Below are positions 16,240 through 25,548 of a DNA stretch of 46,821 nucleotides, in pieces; position 1 is the first letter of the stretch, and each line of letters begins with the position of its first letter. Source of the DNA: a virus (lineage: Duplodnaviria; Caudoviricetes); the IMG/VR virus record IMGVR_UViG_3300036987_000019, positions 1-46,821 of that record; one strand, written 5' to 3'. The notes beneath the pieces are model-generated. The model was not told the origin of the DNA. It worked only from the letters and a program-made list of their open reading frames with translations, and ran no database searches. The position numbers and the translations under genes were made by a program.

Positions 16240-16279
16240 CTACCACAACAATGGTAGTAGTCAACTACAAAAATAGTAG
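16240..16279 (-). promoter_or_regulatory. PL-like promoter with repressor operators (OL)
   Basis: CTACCACAACAATGGTAG (16240-16257) and CTACAAAAATAGTAG (16265-16279) flank a minus-strand TTGACT. Confidence 0.8.
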
Positions 16280-16281
16280 GG

Positions 16282-16881
16282 TCAATAATATTTCAGAGCG
16301 TAAGCGACGTGGCTCATGCTTCGGCCAGGCTTCCCGCCGCAGTGCTTGTTCCAATAGGAGGAAAATCCCTCATTGTCTGAGGTGTATGCCTTTTTGGCGG
16401 CGATGACCGCCCTCCCTGGCACTAAGGCGTTGAATGAATTCGCCGCGCGGTAGGTGAAGCAGAGAGCCCCCGCGTCCGTTTTTATGGTCTCTTCGAGCTT
16501 AAAACTGTCGGGGTTTTTCATGCTTTGTTTCAGGGCCCGCGCCGCCCGCACAGCGATCTGAAACTCGATTTCTTCGACCGCTTTGGCGGCATCCTCTTCG
16601 GCCTTCCGTGCCACGGCCTCTTTGTCCGCTTTGGCCTTCGCAGATGCGGTGGCCTGACGCTGCACCTCTGCTACGGCCCGTTCGTCGACTAACCGCTTCT
16701 TCCATACATCGGGGTCGAAGACCTGAGAGGAGAGGGCGCGCTGATAATCGGCGTGATTCTCGAAGCCGCGCTGCTTGGCGCTGGTATCCAGGTTTTGCTG
16801 TTTCCAGGCTTCATACGATCCCCACGCAAAAACCGAGCCGCCTATAATTCCAACAATTAAAACCTTCCTTTTCCAGCCCAA
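16282..16881 (-). CDS. Membrane-anchored protein co-transcribed with cI
   Basis: N-terminal transmembrane segment, coiled linker, and a C-terminal MKNPDSF...C..YRAANSFNA domain; GGAGG RBS right after the cI stop. Confidence 0.7.
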   Translation of the reverse strand: MGWKRKVLIVGIIGGSVFAWGSYEAWKQQNLDTSAKQRGFENHADYQRALSSQVFDPDVWKKRLVDERAVAEVQRQATASAKAKADKEAVARKAEEDAAKAVEEIEFQIAVRAARALKQSMKNPDSFKLEETIKTDAGALCFTYRAANSFNALVPGRAVIAAKKAYTSDNEGFSSYWNKHCGGKPGRSMSHVAYALKYY

Positions 16882-16890
16882 TACCGCCTC

Positions 16891-17550
16891 CTATTGAGGA
16901 TAATATTTCCCAAGCACTCTATGGCAAATGGACCATTCCTTACGAGATAAAGTGAATTCATGCGTACCGCCCCGTGGCGGGTTATGTTGGTAGACATGCC
17001 ATTTTTCGGCAGTGGCGCGCTGGTAGCGCTTGATTGTGGCCCGAGCCTCGCCGTCCCGCTCTGCATAGAAAATGCACGGTTTGCCAGCCATGGCCGGCAG
17101 GATCGGGTTAACGAGAGCAATGTCCCCCGGGTCGAACTCTGGCGCCATTGATTCCCCGACGACAAAGAGCCCATAGGCATTTTTGACATGCGCCACCTGG
17201 GCCGGGCGAGGGTGCCAATCTACGGGGTCCGTAGATCGGATGATTTCACCGGGACCGCCTTCAACCGAGGCATATATCGGGAAGTCTCGGCCCGGCATCA
17301 GAAGTGCGCTCTCAGCGATTATTTCCGGTGGTGGTTCAGGCGGCAGAGAAATGCCGGCCCAATCCGTGTCGAGGATTCCGGGGTCCACCTCCAGCGCGTG
17401 GGCGATTTTCGGAAGAAATTTTGTAGATTTGGTCGCGCCAGTTTCCAGCGCGCCTATAAGCTGCTGGCTGCAACCGGCAAGCTTGGCAAGCCCGGGCTGA
17501 GATAAGCCCTTGGCCTCCCTAGCGGATATCAATGCGTCTCTATCGATCAT
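16891..17550 (-). CDS. cI: CI-like repressor (XRE HTH + S24 peptidase)
   Basis: HTH AREAKGLSQPGLAKLAGCSQQLIGALETG; S24 motifs VVGESMAP and TIKRY; divergent from cro. Confidence 0.92.
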   Translation of the reverse strand: MIDRDALISAREAKGLSQPGLAKLAGCSQQLIGALETGATKSTKFLPKIAHALEVDPGILDTDWAGISLPPEPPPEIIAESALLMPGRDFPIYASVEGGPGEIIRSTDPVDWHPRPAQVAHVKNAYGLFVVGESMAPEFDPGDIALVNPILPAMAGKPCIFYAERDGEARATIKRYQRATAEKWHVYQHNPPRGGTHEFTLSRKEWSICHRVLGKYYPQ

Positions 17551-17560
17551 GGCGGGAAAT

Positions 17561-17625
17561 CTACTACTGACGTAGTAAAATCTCCCTACAATAATAATAG
17601 TTGAAATCTACCATAGTTGTGGTAG
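17561..17625. promoter_or_regulatory. OR operators and divergent PR/PRM promoters
   Basis: CTACTACTGACGTAG (17561), CTACAATAATAATAG (17586) and CTACCATAGTTGTGGTAG (17608); TTGAAA -35 at 17601. Confidence 0.8.
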
Positions 17626-17633
17626 GTAGGGGT

Positions 17634-17906
17634 ATGGAAACAGCCTCGCCCCATTTCCGCCCCTTGGTCCTTGAAGCCGTCAAGATCGTCGGCTCCCAGA
17701 ACATTCTGGCTGAGCGAATCGGGCGGTCGCAGCAGCAAGTCTCCGCACTATGCACGCGCGCAACAGCAATTTCAGCCGAGGACGCCTTGGCGATCCACCG
17801 GGCAACAGCGGGCGTCGTGCCAGCGTCGGCGCTTCGCCCCGACCTTTGGGCCCGTCCCGAAGATGTCCCCGCCACCTCTGAACCAGAGAGGGCGCCCGCG
17901 GCATGA
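17634..17906 (+). CDS. cro: Cro/YdaS-like regulator
   Basis: AVKIVGSQNILAERIGRSQQQVS...IHRATAGVV...LRPDLW. Confidence 0.85.
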   Translation: METASPHFRPLVLEAVKIVGSQNILAERIGRSQQQVSALCTRATAISAEDALAIHRATAGVVPASALRPDLWARPEDVPATSEPERAPAA

Positions 17907-18331
17907 GCCAGATTCCTCCGAACCCCGTTACCGTGAAGATCGGATGCGACAGCGGTGCGCTCACTGCCGCTATGACCGAACTCGATGATCTCGTGGGCGG
18001 GTTACTTGAGGCGTCGGTTGATATCCCGGATGCTTTTCGCGAGGGCCTTCTCGGCATCGAGGACAGGACGAAGGATCTGATCGATATCGGGTCGTATGTC
18101 GGCCCCACACTTCCCGCAGGCGAAACTCGGATGCTCTTGCAACCATCCGAGTTTTTTAACCGTCTGCTCGCCGCACTTCGTGCACGCGATTGGGATGTCG
18201 GCGTTTTTGTTGATCTGCATGATTCAGTCTCCGTTGGTTCTGCACCCTCCAACGAAGAACGCACGTCCGGTGAGTCGCAAGGCCCATCGGGCGTGTGTCC
18301 CCCTAAGCCACAGGGGGATTGTGACGCATGA
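17903..18331 (+). CDS. Hypothetical protein
   Basis: ATGA-coupled to cro and to the next gene. Confidence 0.5.
   Translation: MSQIPPNPVTVKIGCDSGALTAAMTELDDLVGGLLEASVDIPDAFREGLLGIEDRTKDLIDIGSYVGPTLPAGETRMLLQPSEFFNRLLAALRARDWDVGVFVDLHDSVSVGSAPSNEERTSGESQGPSGVCPPKPQGDCDA
18002..18220 (-). CDS. Antisense zinc-ribbon protein
   Basis: CTKCG...CGKCG followed by a helical tail; GGAGA RBS 7 nt upstream. Confidence 0.65.
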   Translation of the reverse strand: MQINKNADIPIACTKCGEQTVKKLGWLQEHPSFACGKCGADIRPDIDQILRPVLDAEKALAKSIRDINRRLK

Positions 18332-18699
18332 CGCATCACCCAAGCCCCAGCCAGAACGCGCCAAACAGCATCGCAAGCAGTGCGCCGACGCTAGCGCAGC
18401 CGATGAATTCGAATCCTCGCGGCAGTGTCATTGAAATTCCCTCGTTCCTCCCCCTGGCTTCGTCAACGTCGCCGGGTACTTCGGCCGCAGCAGATACAGA
18501 TTCCCCGTTTGCTGCGGCCGATTTTTCTTCAGCGCCGGGCATGGCGCTTACGCAAGAACAAAACTCCGAGCCGTTATCCATTCCATCTTTCCTGCACTGC
18601 GCTCGTCCAGCGCATGACGCGATAAAGCCGGAACTCGTTGGAACCGTCATTCCAATTGCATCTGCGAACAATGTAGCAACCGGGGAATCCGCATGTTGA
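18328..18699 (+). CDS. Hypothetical low-complexity protein
   Basis: Coupled ORF with IPSFL motif twice. Confidence 0.4.
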   Translation: MTHHPSPSQNAPNSIASSAPTLAQPMNSNPRGSVIEIPSFLPLASSTSPGTSAAADTDSPFAAADFSSAPGMALTQEQNSEPLSIPSFLHCARPAHDAIKPELVGTVIPIASANNVATGESAC

Positions 18700-19151
18700 G
18701 CGATGCGCAGATTGCATTGAAGGCAGCAACGCGCCGGGCCGTGAAGATGGCGGGCGGGTCCGTCGCTGCATCGAAAGACCTGCGCGTCGATCAGGGGCGG
18801 CTATCGAACTATGGGAACGCGGATGGGCCGCTATACGCGCCCATTGATGTTGCGTTCGATCTTGACCGGCTCGCTGGCGACAACGTCATCCTTCGCGCTT
18901 GGGCCGATCTCTGCGGCTTCGATCTATCTCCTCGCGATGCGAGCGGCGCGGCGTCCCACGATCTCACCGTCGCCGCCGGCCAGGTCGCACGCGAATCCGG
19001 CGAACTGATTTCAGCAACCATCGAAGCTGCGGCAGACGGCAAGGTCACGCCGAATGAGGCGCGCGCTATCGATGAAGCCGCCGCCGATCTTCAAGAAAAA
19101 GTTGTCGACATTCGAGAGGCCGCACGCCGATCGATGGTCGCTCGTTCGTAA
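18693..19151 (+). CDS. CII-like phage regulatory protein
   Basis: N-terminal HTH-like segment and C-terminal ESGE...[15 protein letters not shown]; position after cro. Confidence 0.65.
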   Translation: MLSDAQIALKAATRRAVKMAGGSVAASKDLRVDQGRLSNYGNADGPLYAPIDVAFDLDRLAGDNVILRAWADLCGFDLSPRDASGAASHDLTVAAGQVARESGELISATIEAAADGKVTPNEARAIDEAAADLQEKVVDIREAARRSMVARS

Positions 19152-19191
19152 CCCGCTCGCATCACTGCGGCATCTAGAAGGGGAGTTGGAT

Positions 19192-19788
19192 ATGCAGGGG
19201 CAAGAAAGCGTTTTGTATTTTCAGCCGCGCACGTTGACTCCATCTGCGCTGATGTTTGCCGCCGCGCGCCGGGAGCGACTTGCCCGCATGGAGCGGGCCG
19301 CGCTGCAACAGGTCGTCAAAGCAATCGAATGCACCACGGCGGACAGAACAGAGCCGCCGCCCGTCGAAAAACCACAGCAAGAAAGCCCAGATGACGATTG
19401 GGCTGATCGGCAAAAGAAACTCTGGTTTGGCGTCGTCGCAGATCTCGGGCCCGTAACGCCGAGAGCAATCCACATCAGCGATATTCAGAAGGCTGCGGCG
19501 AATTTCTACAACAGCACCGTCACCGACATGTGCGGCCCCCGCCGAACAGCGCAAGTCGTGCGCGCCCGTCAAATTGCGATGTACCTCGCCAAGACGCTGA
19601 CGCTACGGTCACTTCCGGACGTCGGCCGGCGCTTCGGTAATCGTGACCACACCACGGTTCTCCATGCCGTTCGCAAGATCGAAGGGCTTTTGCCGCGAGA
19701 CCCAAATCTCGTTGCTGAAATCGAGTTTCTTAAAAGCGAAGTTTCGGCCTGCACGGCGCGCAACACAGCAGCGATGCCGGTGGAGTAG
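19192..19788 (+). CDS. Protein with DnaA C-terminal (domain IV) DNA-binding domain
   Basis: [40 protein letters not shown] signature; no AAA+ domain. Confidence 0.9.
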   Translation: MQGQESVLYFQPRTLTPSALMFAAARRERLARMERAALQQVVKAIECTTADRTEPPPVEKPQQESPDDDWADRQKKLWFGVVADLGPVTPRAIHISDIQKAAANFYNSTVTDMCGPRRTAQVVRARQIAMYLAKTLTLRSLPDVGRRFGNRDHTTVLHAVRKIEGLLPRDPNLVAEIEFLKSEVSACTARNTAAMPVE

Positions 19789-19793
19789 GGGCG

Positions 19794-20144
19794 ATGGAGC
19801 TTTTCGACCTCATTCAGAAAGACCGGACGGAACGAGAATTCGGCATTGAGCGGTCTGCCCGCCATGCCGATGAGAGCTGTCCGCGATGGACCGATCAGGC
19901 CTTCGACTGGATCTGCAAATACGCAGAATCGCATTCCGTCTTCATCAGCGAGGAATGCACCCGCGCTGCGATGGAGGCTGGGCTTCCGGCCCCGACCGAT
20001 GATCGCGCATGGGGTCATCCGTTCCAGCGCGCATCCCGCGACCTGATTATCAAGAAGATCGGCTACGGCATCAGCAACCGTCGGCATCAGTCGCCGACGC
20101 CGAAATGGCAATCAATGCACAAGAACTTCTGGAGGGCGGCATGA
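19794..20144 (+). CDS. Hypothetical phage protein
   Basis: 116-aa ORF in operon. Confidence 0.7.
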   Translation: MELFDLIQKDRTEREFGIERSARHADESCPRWTDQAFDWICKYAESHSVFISEECTRAAMEAGLPAPTDDRAWGHPFQRASRDLIIKKIGYGISNRRHQSPTPKWQSMHKNFWRAA

Positions 20145-20500
20145 AATTGGCTGAGCTAGGCGAACTCGCGGCGGCGGAGAAGGTCATCAAGGATCTTCAG
20201 GCCAAGCTGGCCGCTTTGTCGGACGCGGAAGACCAAATCACTGCGCTGAAGATCGATTTGGCTGAGGCTCGCGACGAGATCGCGGGCCTTGAAGCAACAA
20301 ACTCCAGCCTTAACGACGATCTCGACGATCTGAATGCGAAGATTGAAGAGCTCGAAGAGGCGGGAGATGTCACGGGCGCGGTTGACGCGTTCCTCGACTG
20401 CTGCGAGCGCGTCGGCCCCTTGCGTTACGTGGTGCCGCAGAGCGATAGGGCGTCGCAGGCCATCGTCGCGCTTCACGACGCAATCGGGGCGACGCCATGA
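20141..20500 (+). CDS. Coiled-coil hypothetical protein
   Basis: ATGA-coupled, heptad-rich. Confidence 0.65.
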   Translation: MKLAELGELAAAEKVIKDLQAKLAALSDAEDQITALKIDLAEARDEIAGLEATNSSLNDDLDDLNAKIEELEEAGDVTGAVDAFLDCCERVGPLRYVVPQSDRASQAIVALHDAIGATP

Positions 20501-21603
20501 AGTGCACCGTCAACGCAGGGGAATTCCTGGCTGCACTCCGATCTGTTCAGGCCCGCGCCAAGCATACCGGATCAATCGACATCCTCAGGCACATCCGGCT
20601 CGATGTCGCCAATGATCGCCTGACGCTGCTCGGCCACGATATGGAATCATGCAGTATCGACACTGTCGAGGCCGACGACGCCGAGGCGGGCGCGTGCTGT
20701 GTGCCGGCCGATCCTCTGGTCCGATTGATCACCGGCCTCCCGAAGCAATCGACCGTCATCATCCAGCCGGAAGGCACGTCCGCACTGATCAAGTCCGGCC
20801 GGTCGCGTTATAAACTGCCGATCCTTCAGGCTGATGTCTTCCCCGACGCGCTTGTTCCGGAAGGCGGCATCCGCGTCACACTCTCCGCCGATGACGTGAA
20901 GCAGCTTTTCGAGCGACCGGCGGCCGGGTTGAACCCGAAGGATGAGAGACCCATCGCGTCGGGCGTGTGGCTGCACGAGGAGGGCGGAAATCTCGTTAGC
21001 GCCAGCTACGCCACGTACAATCTGATGCGCTTCGCCACCGAGATAGCCGCGCAAGGGTTTGCCGGCGTGATGGTGCAGAAGTCGACGATGGACGAACTCG
21101 CCCGGTTCGGACCTGGGGTGCTGACAATCTCTAAGTCGCTCATCTCAATTGAGAATGGCGCGCGCCGGTATTGTTCGAAACTGGTGGAGGCGTCGTTCCC
21201 GGAGTCATACCGGAAGACCATTCCGGCCACGTCCGGCGCCTTCGTGGATGTTGACCGCGCTGAACTGACGTCCTGCCTTAGCAGGTTGGCGAGCATTTCG
21301 GACTTCAGCAACACGAACATGGTCGATCTTCGGGTGGAAGAAGGCGACCTGAGCCTGTCGCTCGTCGGCACCGCTGACGGCATGGAGAACATGGAATGCG
21401 ACGTCAGCGGTGCGGCCGGGCTTCGCGTCTGCGCGCCAGCTCAGCAACTGCTGACCGCGGTCAAGATCCACACTGGCGACAAGCTCCGCATCTACATGCG
21501 CGGCGAAATGGACCCGTTCCGCATTGTGGACGAGACCGAGCCGACGGCCGTCAATGTCCAGATGCCGTGCCTTTCCAAGAACAGGGAGGCGCAGGCGGCA
21601 TGA
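20497..21603 (+). CDS. dnaN: DNA polymerase III beta sliding clamp homolog
   Basis: 368 aa; IL..I.L......LTL.GHDME, SGRSRYKLP...FP, SKLVEASFP.SY and terminal MP follow the beta-clamp pattern. Confidence 0.85.
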   Translation: MKCTVNAGEFLAALRSVQARAKHTGSIDILRHIRLDVANDRLTLLGHDMESCSIDTVEADDAEAGACCVPADPLVRLITGLPKQSTVIIQPEGTSALIKSGRSRYKLPILQADVFPDALVPEGGIRVTLSADDVKQLFERPAAGLNPKDERPIASGVWLHEEGGNLVSASYATYNLMRFATEIAAQGFAGVMVQKSTMDELARFGPGVLTISKSLISIENGARRYCSKLVEASFPESYRKTIPATSGAFVDVDRAELTSCLSRLASISDFSNTNMVDLRVEEGDLSLSLVGTADGMENMECDVSGAAGLRVCAPAQQLLTAVKIHTGDKLRIYMRGEMDPFRIVDETEPTAVNVQMPCLSKNREAQAA

Positions 21604-21899
21604 AAGCCCAAGCAATCGCATCTGCTGCTGCTGATCTGGTCGGGGGTGACCGGCGCGAAGCCTATGGCGACGTTATCTCCGGCCTGACACGCATCGCGAT
21701 CCTCTGGAACGCGCACCTGCACATGATCGGCAACGCGCCGCCGAAGCCCATCGGCCCCGCAGACGTTGCCTGGATGATGTCCGAGCTCAAGCACGCGCGA
21801 GCGCACACGGGGCCGTTTCGACTCGACAATTACGTTGATGCATGTGGCTGGGCCGCAATCGCCGGCGAAGCCGCGACCCCTGAATCGGAGGCGTCATGA
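21600..21899 (+). CDS. DUF6378-like protein
   Basis: LVGGDRREAYG...IAILWN...DVAWMM..LK.AR...DNYVD..GWAA. Confidence 0.75.
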   Translation: MKAQAIASAAADLVGGDRREAYGDVISGLTRIAILWNAHLHMIGNAPPKPIGPADVAWMMSELKHARAHTGPFRLDNYVDACGWAAIAGEAATPESEAS

Positions 21900-22114
21900 C
21901 CGAGCAAACCAGATCCCGTTGCGTCAGTATCCACGAATCCGAAGTCATGGAATGGTGGAATATAGGCTGGGAATTTCAGGGCGTCGACATCCAGCGTCAA
22001 AACTACTGCCTCATGGAATGGAGGAGCGACAAACCACCTGTCGCCCCGTTTCGTGATGAGGAGTTTTCATCGCTCGTTGCGGCTGTAGCTTCATTGGAGG
22101 GGAGGGCTGCCTAG
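21896..22114 (+). CDS. Hypothetical protein
   Basis: 72 aa, GGAGG RBS. Confidence 0.6.
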   Translation: MTEQTRSRCVSIHESEVMEWWNIGWEFQGVDIQRQNYCLMEWRSDKPPVAPFRDEEFSSLVAAVASLEGRAA

Positions 22115-22810
22115 ATGGCACTCAAGGCATATTCCGTCCTCGAAAATAACGAGAACACCGGCGCAATCTATTTCGCGGAGCACGATATCGTGGCCCGACG
22201 GCGAGGCGCGAACGAGTATGCCGACGGTGACATCAGCTATGTCACATGCCGCCGCGCGCCTTGGGCGGACGAATGGGCCAATAAAGACGAGGATGTTCCC
22301 GTCCGCGTCATGATCGCCTACGGGTGGCATTTCGAATGCTGCGGCTGCGGGGCGCGCATTGATGAGGACTACCTTTACGACGAGGATCTACCACTCGATG
22401 GCGTAATCGGCACACAGCATAGCCGCGTATTTTGCTCCGAAATCTGCGAATGTGAATTCAAATTGCATGAGGCGATCCGGCGGGACCGCGAACGTCGAAT
22501 GATCGACGTTATGAAGTCTCTTGTTTTGAAGCGGTTTCCGACGGTCGAATTTTCGGAGGCCAAGGACAATTGGAAACCCCATGCTCATGCCGAAAAGCGG
22601 GGCGAATCTTGGCAGGTCACTCAAGCGGTGGTTTCATTTGCGTTTCCGGGGATGAAGATTGCCCCAGCGTCCTATCGTTTCGACCTTGATCACCACAAGA
22701 TCGGTCCCGTCAAGCCGCACTTCACTTGCTGCTATGGCGACAAGGAAGCCTTTGAGGCGTGGGCTGATTCCGACGCTTCGCGCGGCGCTTCATTGGAGGC
22801 GGTGGCGTGA
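22115..22810 (+). CDS. Hypothetical Cys-containing phage protein
   Basis: LKAYSV...CRRAPWAD...GWHFECCGCG. Confidence 0.7.
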   Translation: MALKAYSVLENNENTGAIYFAEHDIVARRRGANEYADGDISYVTCRRAPWADEWANKDEDVPVRVMIAYGWHFECCGCGARIDEDYLYDEDLPLDGVIGTQHSRVFCSEICECEFKLHEAIRRDRERRMIDVMKSLVLKRFPTVEFSEAKDNWKPHAHAEKRGESWQVTQAVVSFAFPGMKIAPASYRFDLDHHKIGPVKPHFTCCYGDKEAFEAWADSDASRGASLEAVA

Positions 22811-23532
22811 GGCGACCTTTAGCGCTCGATTTGTTCTGCAAGGCCGGCGGCGCTTCGATGGGGCTTTATCGCGCCGGCTTCGACGTGATTGGCGTCGATA
22901 TCGAGTTTCAGAAACGATATCCGTTCCAGTTTGTGCAGGCTGACGCGCTCCGGTCGCCGTTCGATCTTCGTCAGTTCGATTTCATCTGGGCCTCGCCGCC
23001 GTGTCAGGCGCACACGTCCATGAAGACGATGCACAACGCCAAGGATCATCCGGACTTGATCCCGGCCACCCGCGCGATGCTCAAAGCCTCCGGTGTTCCA
23101 TATGCGATCGAGAACGTCGTCGGCGCGCCGCTGGTCGACTATTTCCAGCTCTGCGGGACATCGTTCGGCCTCGGTGTCGATGACGCTGATCTACAGCGAC
23201 ACCGCATCTTCGAAACGTCTTGGCCGATTATGTTCACGCCGCAATGCCAGCACGGCGCGCGGCACACGCAGGGCGTCTATGGCGGGCACATTCGCAACCG
23301 TAAACGCCGAACGATCGGCGTTTACGGGGAGGGTTGCCGTGACAGCCGGCGCAAGATGGACCGCGGAGTCGCGGACTTCACCGTCGATCAAGGCAAGAAG
23401 GCCATGGGCATCGACTGGATGACCATTGCTGAACTCTCGCAGGCGATCCCGCCAGCCTATGGCGAATTCATCGGGCGTCACGCCTTGGCTGAAATCCAAT
23501 TCCACCGTCAATCAATCGAGAGCGCAGCATGA
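22807..23532 (+). CDS. C5 cytosine DNA methyltransferase (short type)
   Basis: LDLFCKAGG (motif I), WASPPCQ (IV), IENV (VI), RHR.FE (VIII), QAIPPAY (X). Confidence 0.88.
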   Translation: MRRPLALDLFCKAGGASMGLYRAGFDVIGVDIEFQKRYPFQFVQADALRSPFDLRQFDFIWASPPCQAHTSMKTMHNAKDHPDLIPATRAMLKASGVPYAIENVVGAPLVDYFQLCGTSFGLGVDDADLQRHRIFETSWPIMFTPQCQHGARHTQGVYGGHIRNRKRRTIGVYGEGCRDSRRKMDRGVADFTVDQGKKAMGIDWMTIAELSQAIPPAYGEFIGRHALAEIQFHRQSIESAA

Positions 23533-23819
23533 CACCAGAAACCGCCAGCAACACCGGCATCGCTCCGGCCTCTGACACCGCGCACTCGTTCGCCAAGGGC
23601 CAGTTGAAGGCCATCATCGAACGTATCGAGAAGCTCGAGGAAGAGAAAAAGACGATCTCGGACGACATCAAGGACGTGTACGCGGAGGCGAAGGGCAACG
23701 GCTTCGACGTGAAAGCACTCCGCACGATCATCCGGATGCGCAAGCAAGACCCGAACGAGCGCCATGAGCAGGAAACCATCCTCGATACATACAAGCAGGC
23801 GTTAGGGATGCTGGACTGA
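23529..23819 (+). CDS. gapR: GapR/DUF2312 nucleoid-associated protein
   Basis: [48 protein letters not shown]. Confidence 0.92.
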   Translation: MTPETASNTGIAPASDTAHSFAKGQLKAIIERIEKLEEEKKTISDDIKDVYAEAKGNGFDVKALRTIIRMRKQDPNERHEQETILDTYKQALGMLD

Positions 23820-24313
23820 TGGGTGTTCTGATAGAAAATCTGCCGCGCGATGGAACGTGGGTTTATCTTTATGTTCTCGCAGGGCTGGGGCGCGAGCACG
23901 AGCCTTTGCGGCCTGTAAAAATCGGCATTACCGGCAACATGCCGGCCCGGCTGGCGGCCGTTCAGACAGGATCGCCCCGCCGGCTACATGCGGCGATGGT
24001 CATTAATATTCCAAACCGCGAAATCGCGCGCACTTTCGAGTCGGCTTTCCATAGCTTCTACGCTGGGAAAAGACTTCAAGGTGAATGGTTCGATATCGAT
24101 CCGATAGACGCAATGTCGATGGTTTGCGTCGCCTTCAAAGATTACTTCGAGCGCGGCTATGCAGAGAACGGCGGCGACGCGCTCCCCCAAGAATTATGCG
24201 AGATGATCGGGCTTCCTCACTGGGAGCGTGAGATCAAAGTGTTGCGCGCTTGGCGTCAGTATTACAGCGAAAAAACAAACGTTGTTTCCTTCTCGGGGCC
24301 TACCGCAAAATGA
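23819..24313 (+). CDS. GIY-YIG (T5orf172/MUG113-like) nuclease-domain protein
   Basis: YLYVL...VKIGIT...RLAAVQTGSP...ESAFH...GEWF. Confidence 0.8.
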   Translation: MGVLIENLPRDGTWVYLYVLAGLGREHEPLRPVKIGITGNMPARLAAVQTGSPRRLHAAMVINIPNREIARTFESAFHSFYAGKRLQGEWFDIDPIDAMSMVCVAFKDYFERGYAENGGDALPQELCEMIGLPHWEREIKVLRAWRQYYSEKTNVVSFSGPTAK

Positions 24314-25548
24314 CTGAACCGCTCACGCCACCGGATCTCGATCTGCGGGATTTCCCCTACATGCCGCTCGACGTCGTGCGGCTGCGGGACAGCGACCTTG
24401 CCGTGGTGGCGTCGGGCGACGAATTCCGCACGGCTGTCATCCTGTGGTGTGCGTCGTGGCATCAGGTGCCTGCGGCGTCATTGCCGACCGATGATCGGTT
24501 GCTGGCGAGCCTGGCTGGCTTTGGGCGCGATCTGAAGGGCTGGAAGGCTGTCCGCGAGGCCGCGTTGCGTGGCTTTATAACGTGCAGCGACGGGCGGCTG
24601 TATCACCCCGTAATCGCCGAGAAGGCGATCGAGGCGGGTACGAAGCGCCGGAACCAGCGCGGGCAGACGGCCGCAGCGACGGAGGCGCGACGGTTAGCGA
24701 AAGAATTACGTGACGCTGAGCTTAAGGCGCAACGTGACGCTGAACGTAACGTGGAACGTGACGTGCAACGTAACGATGATCGTTACGACTCAGGGAACGC
24801 CGAACGTGACGTTCACCAAGGGAAGGGAAGTGAAGGGAAGGGACCGGAATCGAATCGAATTGAAAAAACAGAGAGAGGCTCTCTCTCGGTCGTGAAGGAT
24901 TCGGGAAAGCAGGGCGACGGTCCTTGGCCGATTGACGACAACTATCAACCATCTGAGCCTGCTATCGAATATGCCTACAGCCTTGGTATGAAAAAGGCTG
25001 ATCTGAATTCGGAGTTGAGTAAGTTCGCCGCAGACGGCATGGCGCTTCGGAAGGTTAGCTTCGACCTCGACGCCAGCTTCAAAAAGCGCTGCGATCAGTG
25101 GTTTGATTATCAGCGCAGGAACGCGCCAAAGGCTCCCGCGTCGGCTGCTGGTCCTGTGAGGCCGGAGGATTTGACGCCAGCGTTCTGGGATTCCGCGGTT
25201 AAGCGCTGGAAATCCAATGAATCGTTGTGGCCCCGAGGCGTCGGCGGCGAGCCTGGCATGGTCGGCTGCAAGTGCCCGGCGAATATCTTGGTCGCGAACA
25301 TGATCGATCCCGCGAACGGCCGCAGCATCTCGGCACCGTTGGTCTGGATCTCGGAGGGATCGATCGAGATGGGGGCATATTGCCACAACGCCGGCATCAG
25401 GAACGTCAAACCACCAGCGATATTCGAGATCGAAGAGGATGGCGTCGTCAAGCGTGGCGCCTACGTCCCGAAAATTGTTCCCGACGGATACGACAGCGCC
25501 ACCGGCGAACGAATCCCCCCGGCTAATTCAGAGGTCAGTGCGGCATGA
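24310..25548 (+). CDS. Replication initiator, DUF1376/YdaU-like
   Basis: PYMPLDVVRL...LWCASWHQVPAASLPTDD.LL..LAG...DGRLYHP; internal iteron array. Confidence 0.8.
   Translation: MTEPLTPPDLDLRDFPYMPLDVVRLRDSDLAVVASGDEFRTAVILWCASWHQVPAASLPTDDRLLASLAGFGRDLKGWKAVREAALRGFITCSDGRLYHPVIAEKAIEAGTKRRNQRGQTAAATEARRLAKELRDAELKAQRDAERNVERDVQRNDDRYDSGNAERDVHQGKGSEGKGPESNRIEKTERGSLSVVKDSGKQGDGPWPIDDNYQPSEPAIEYAYSLGMKKADLNSELSKFAADGMALRKVSFDLDASFKKRCDQWFDYQRRNAPKAPASAAGPVRPEDLTPAFWDSAVKRWKSNESLWPRGVGGEPGMVGCKCPANILVANMIDPANGRSISAPLVWISEGSIEMGAYCHNAGIRNVKPPAIFEIEEDGVVKRGAYVPKIVPDGYDSATGERIPPANSEVSAA
24707..24845. repeat. Iteron array / replication origin inside the initiator gene
   Basis: AACGT(G/A)ACG at 24731, 24743, 24755, 24767 and 24803 (variants at 24707, 24779), all in 12-bp phase, followed by purine-rich AAGGG repeats. 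Confidence 0.75.

Noticed and set aside
22807-24313. Methylase plus GIY-YIG as a restriction-modification system
   Set aside because: They are separated by gapR, and both belong to types that commonly occur alone in phage replication regions.
24707-24811. Short periodic repeats as a CRISPR array
   Set aside because: The units are 9 bp with a 12-bp period and no spacers, inside a CDS, and no cas genes are present.
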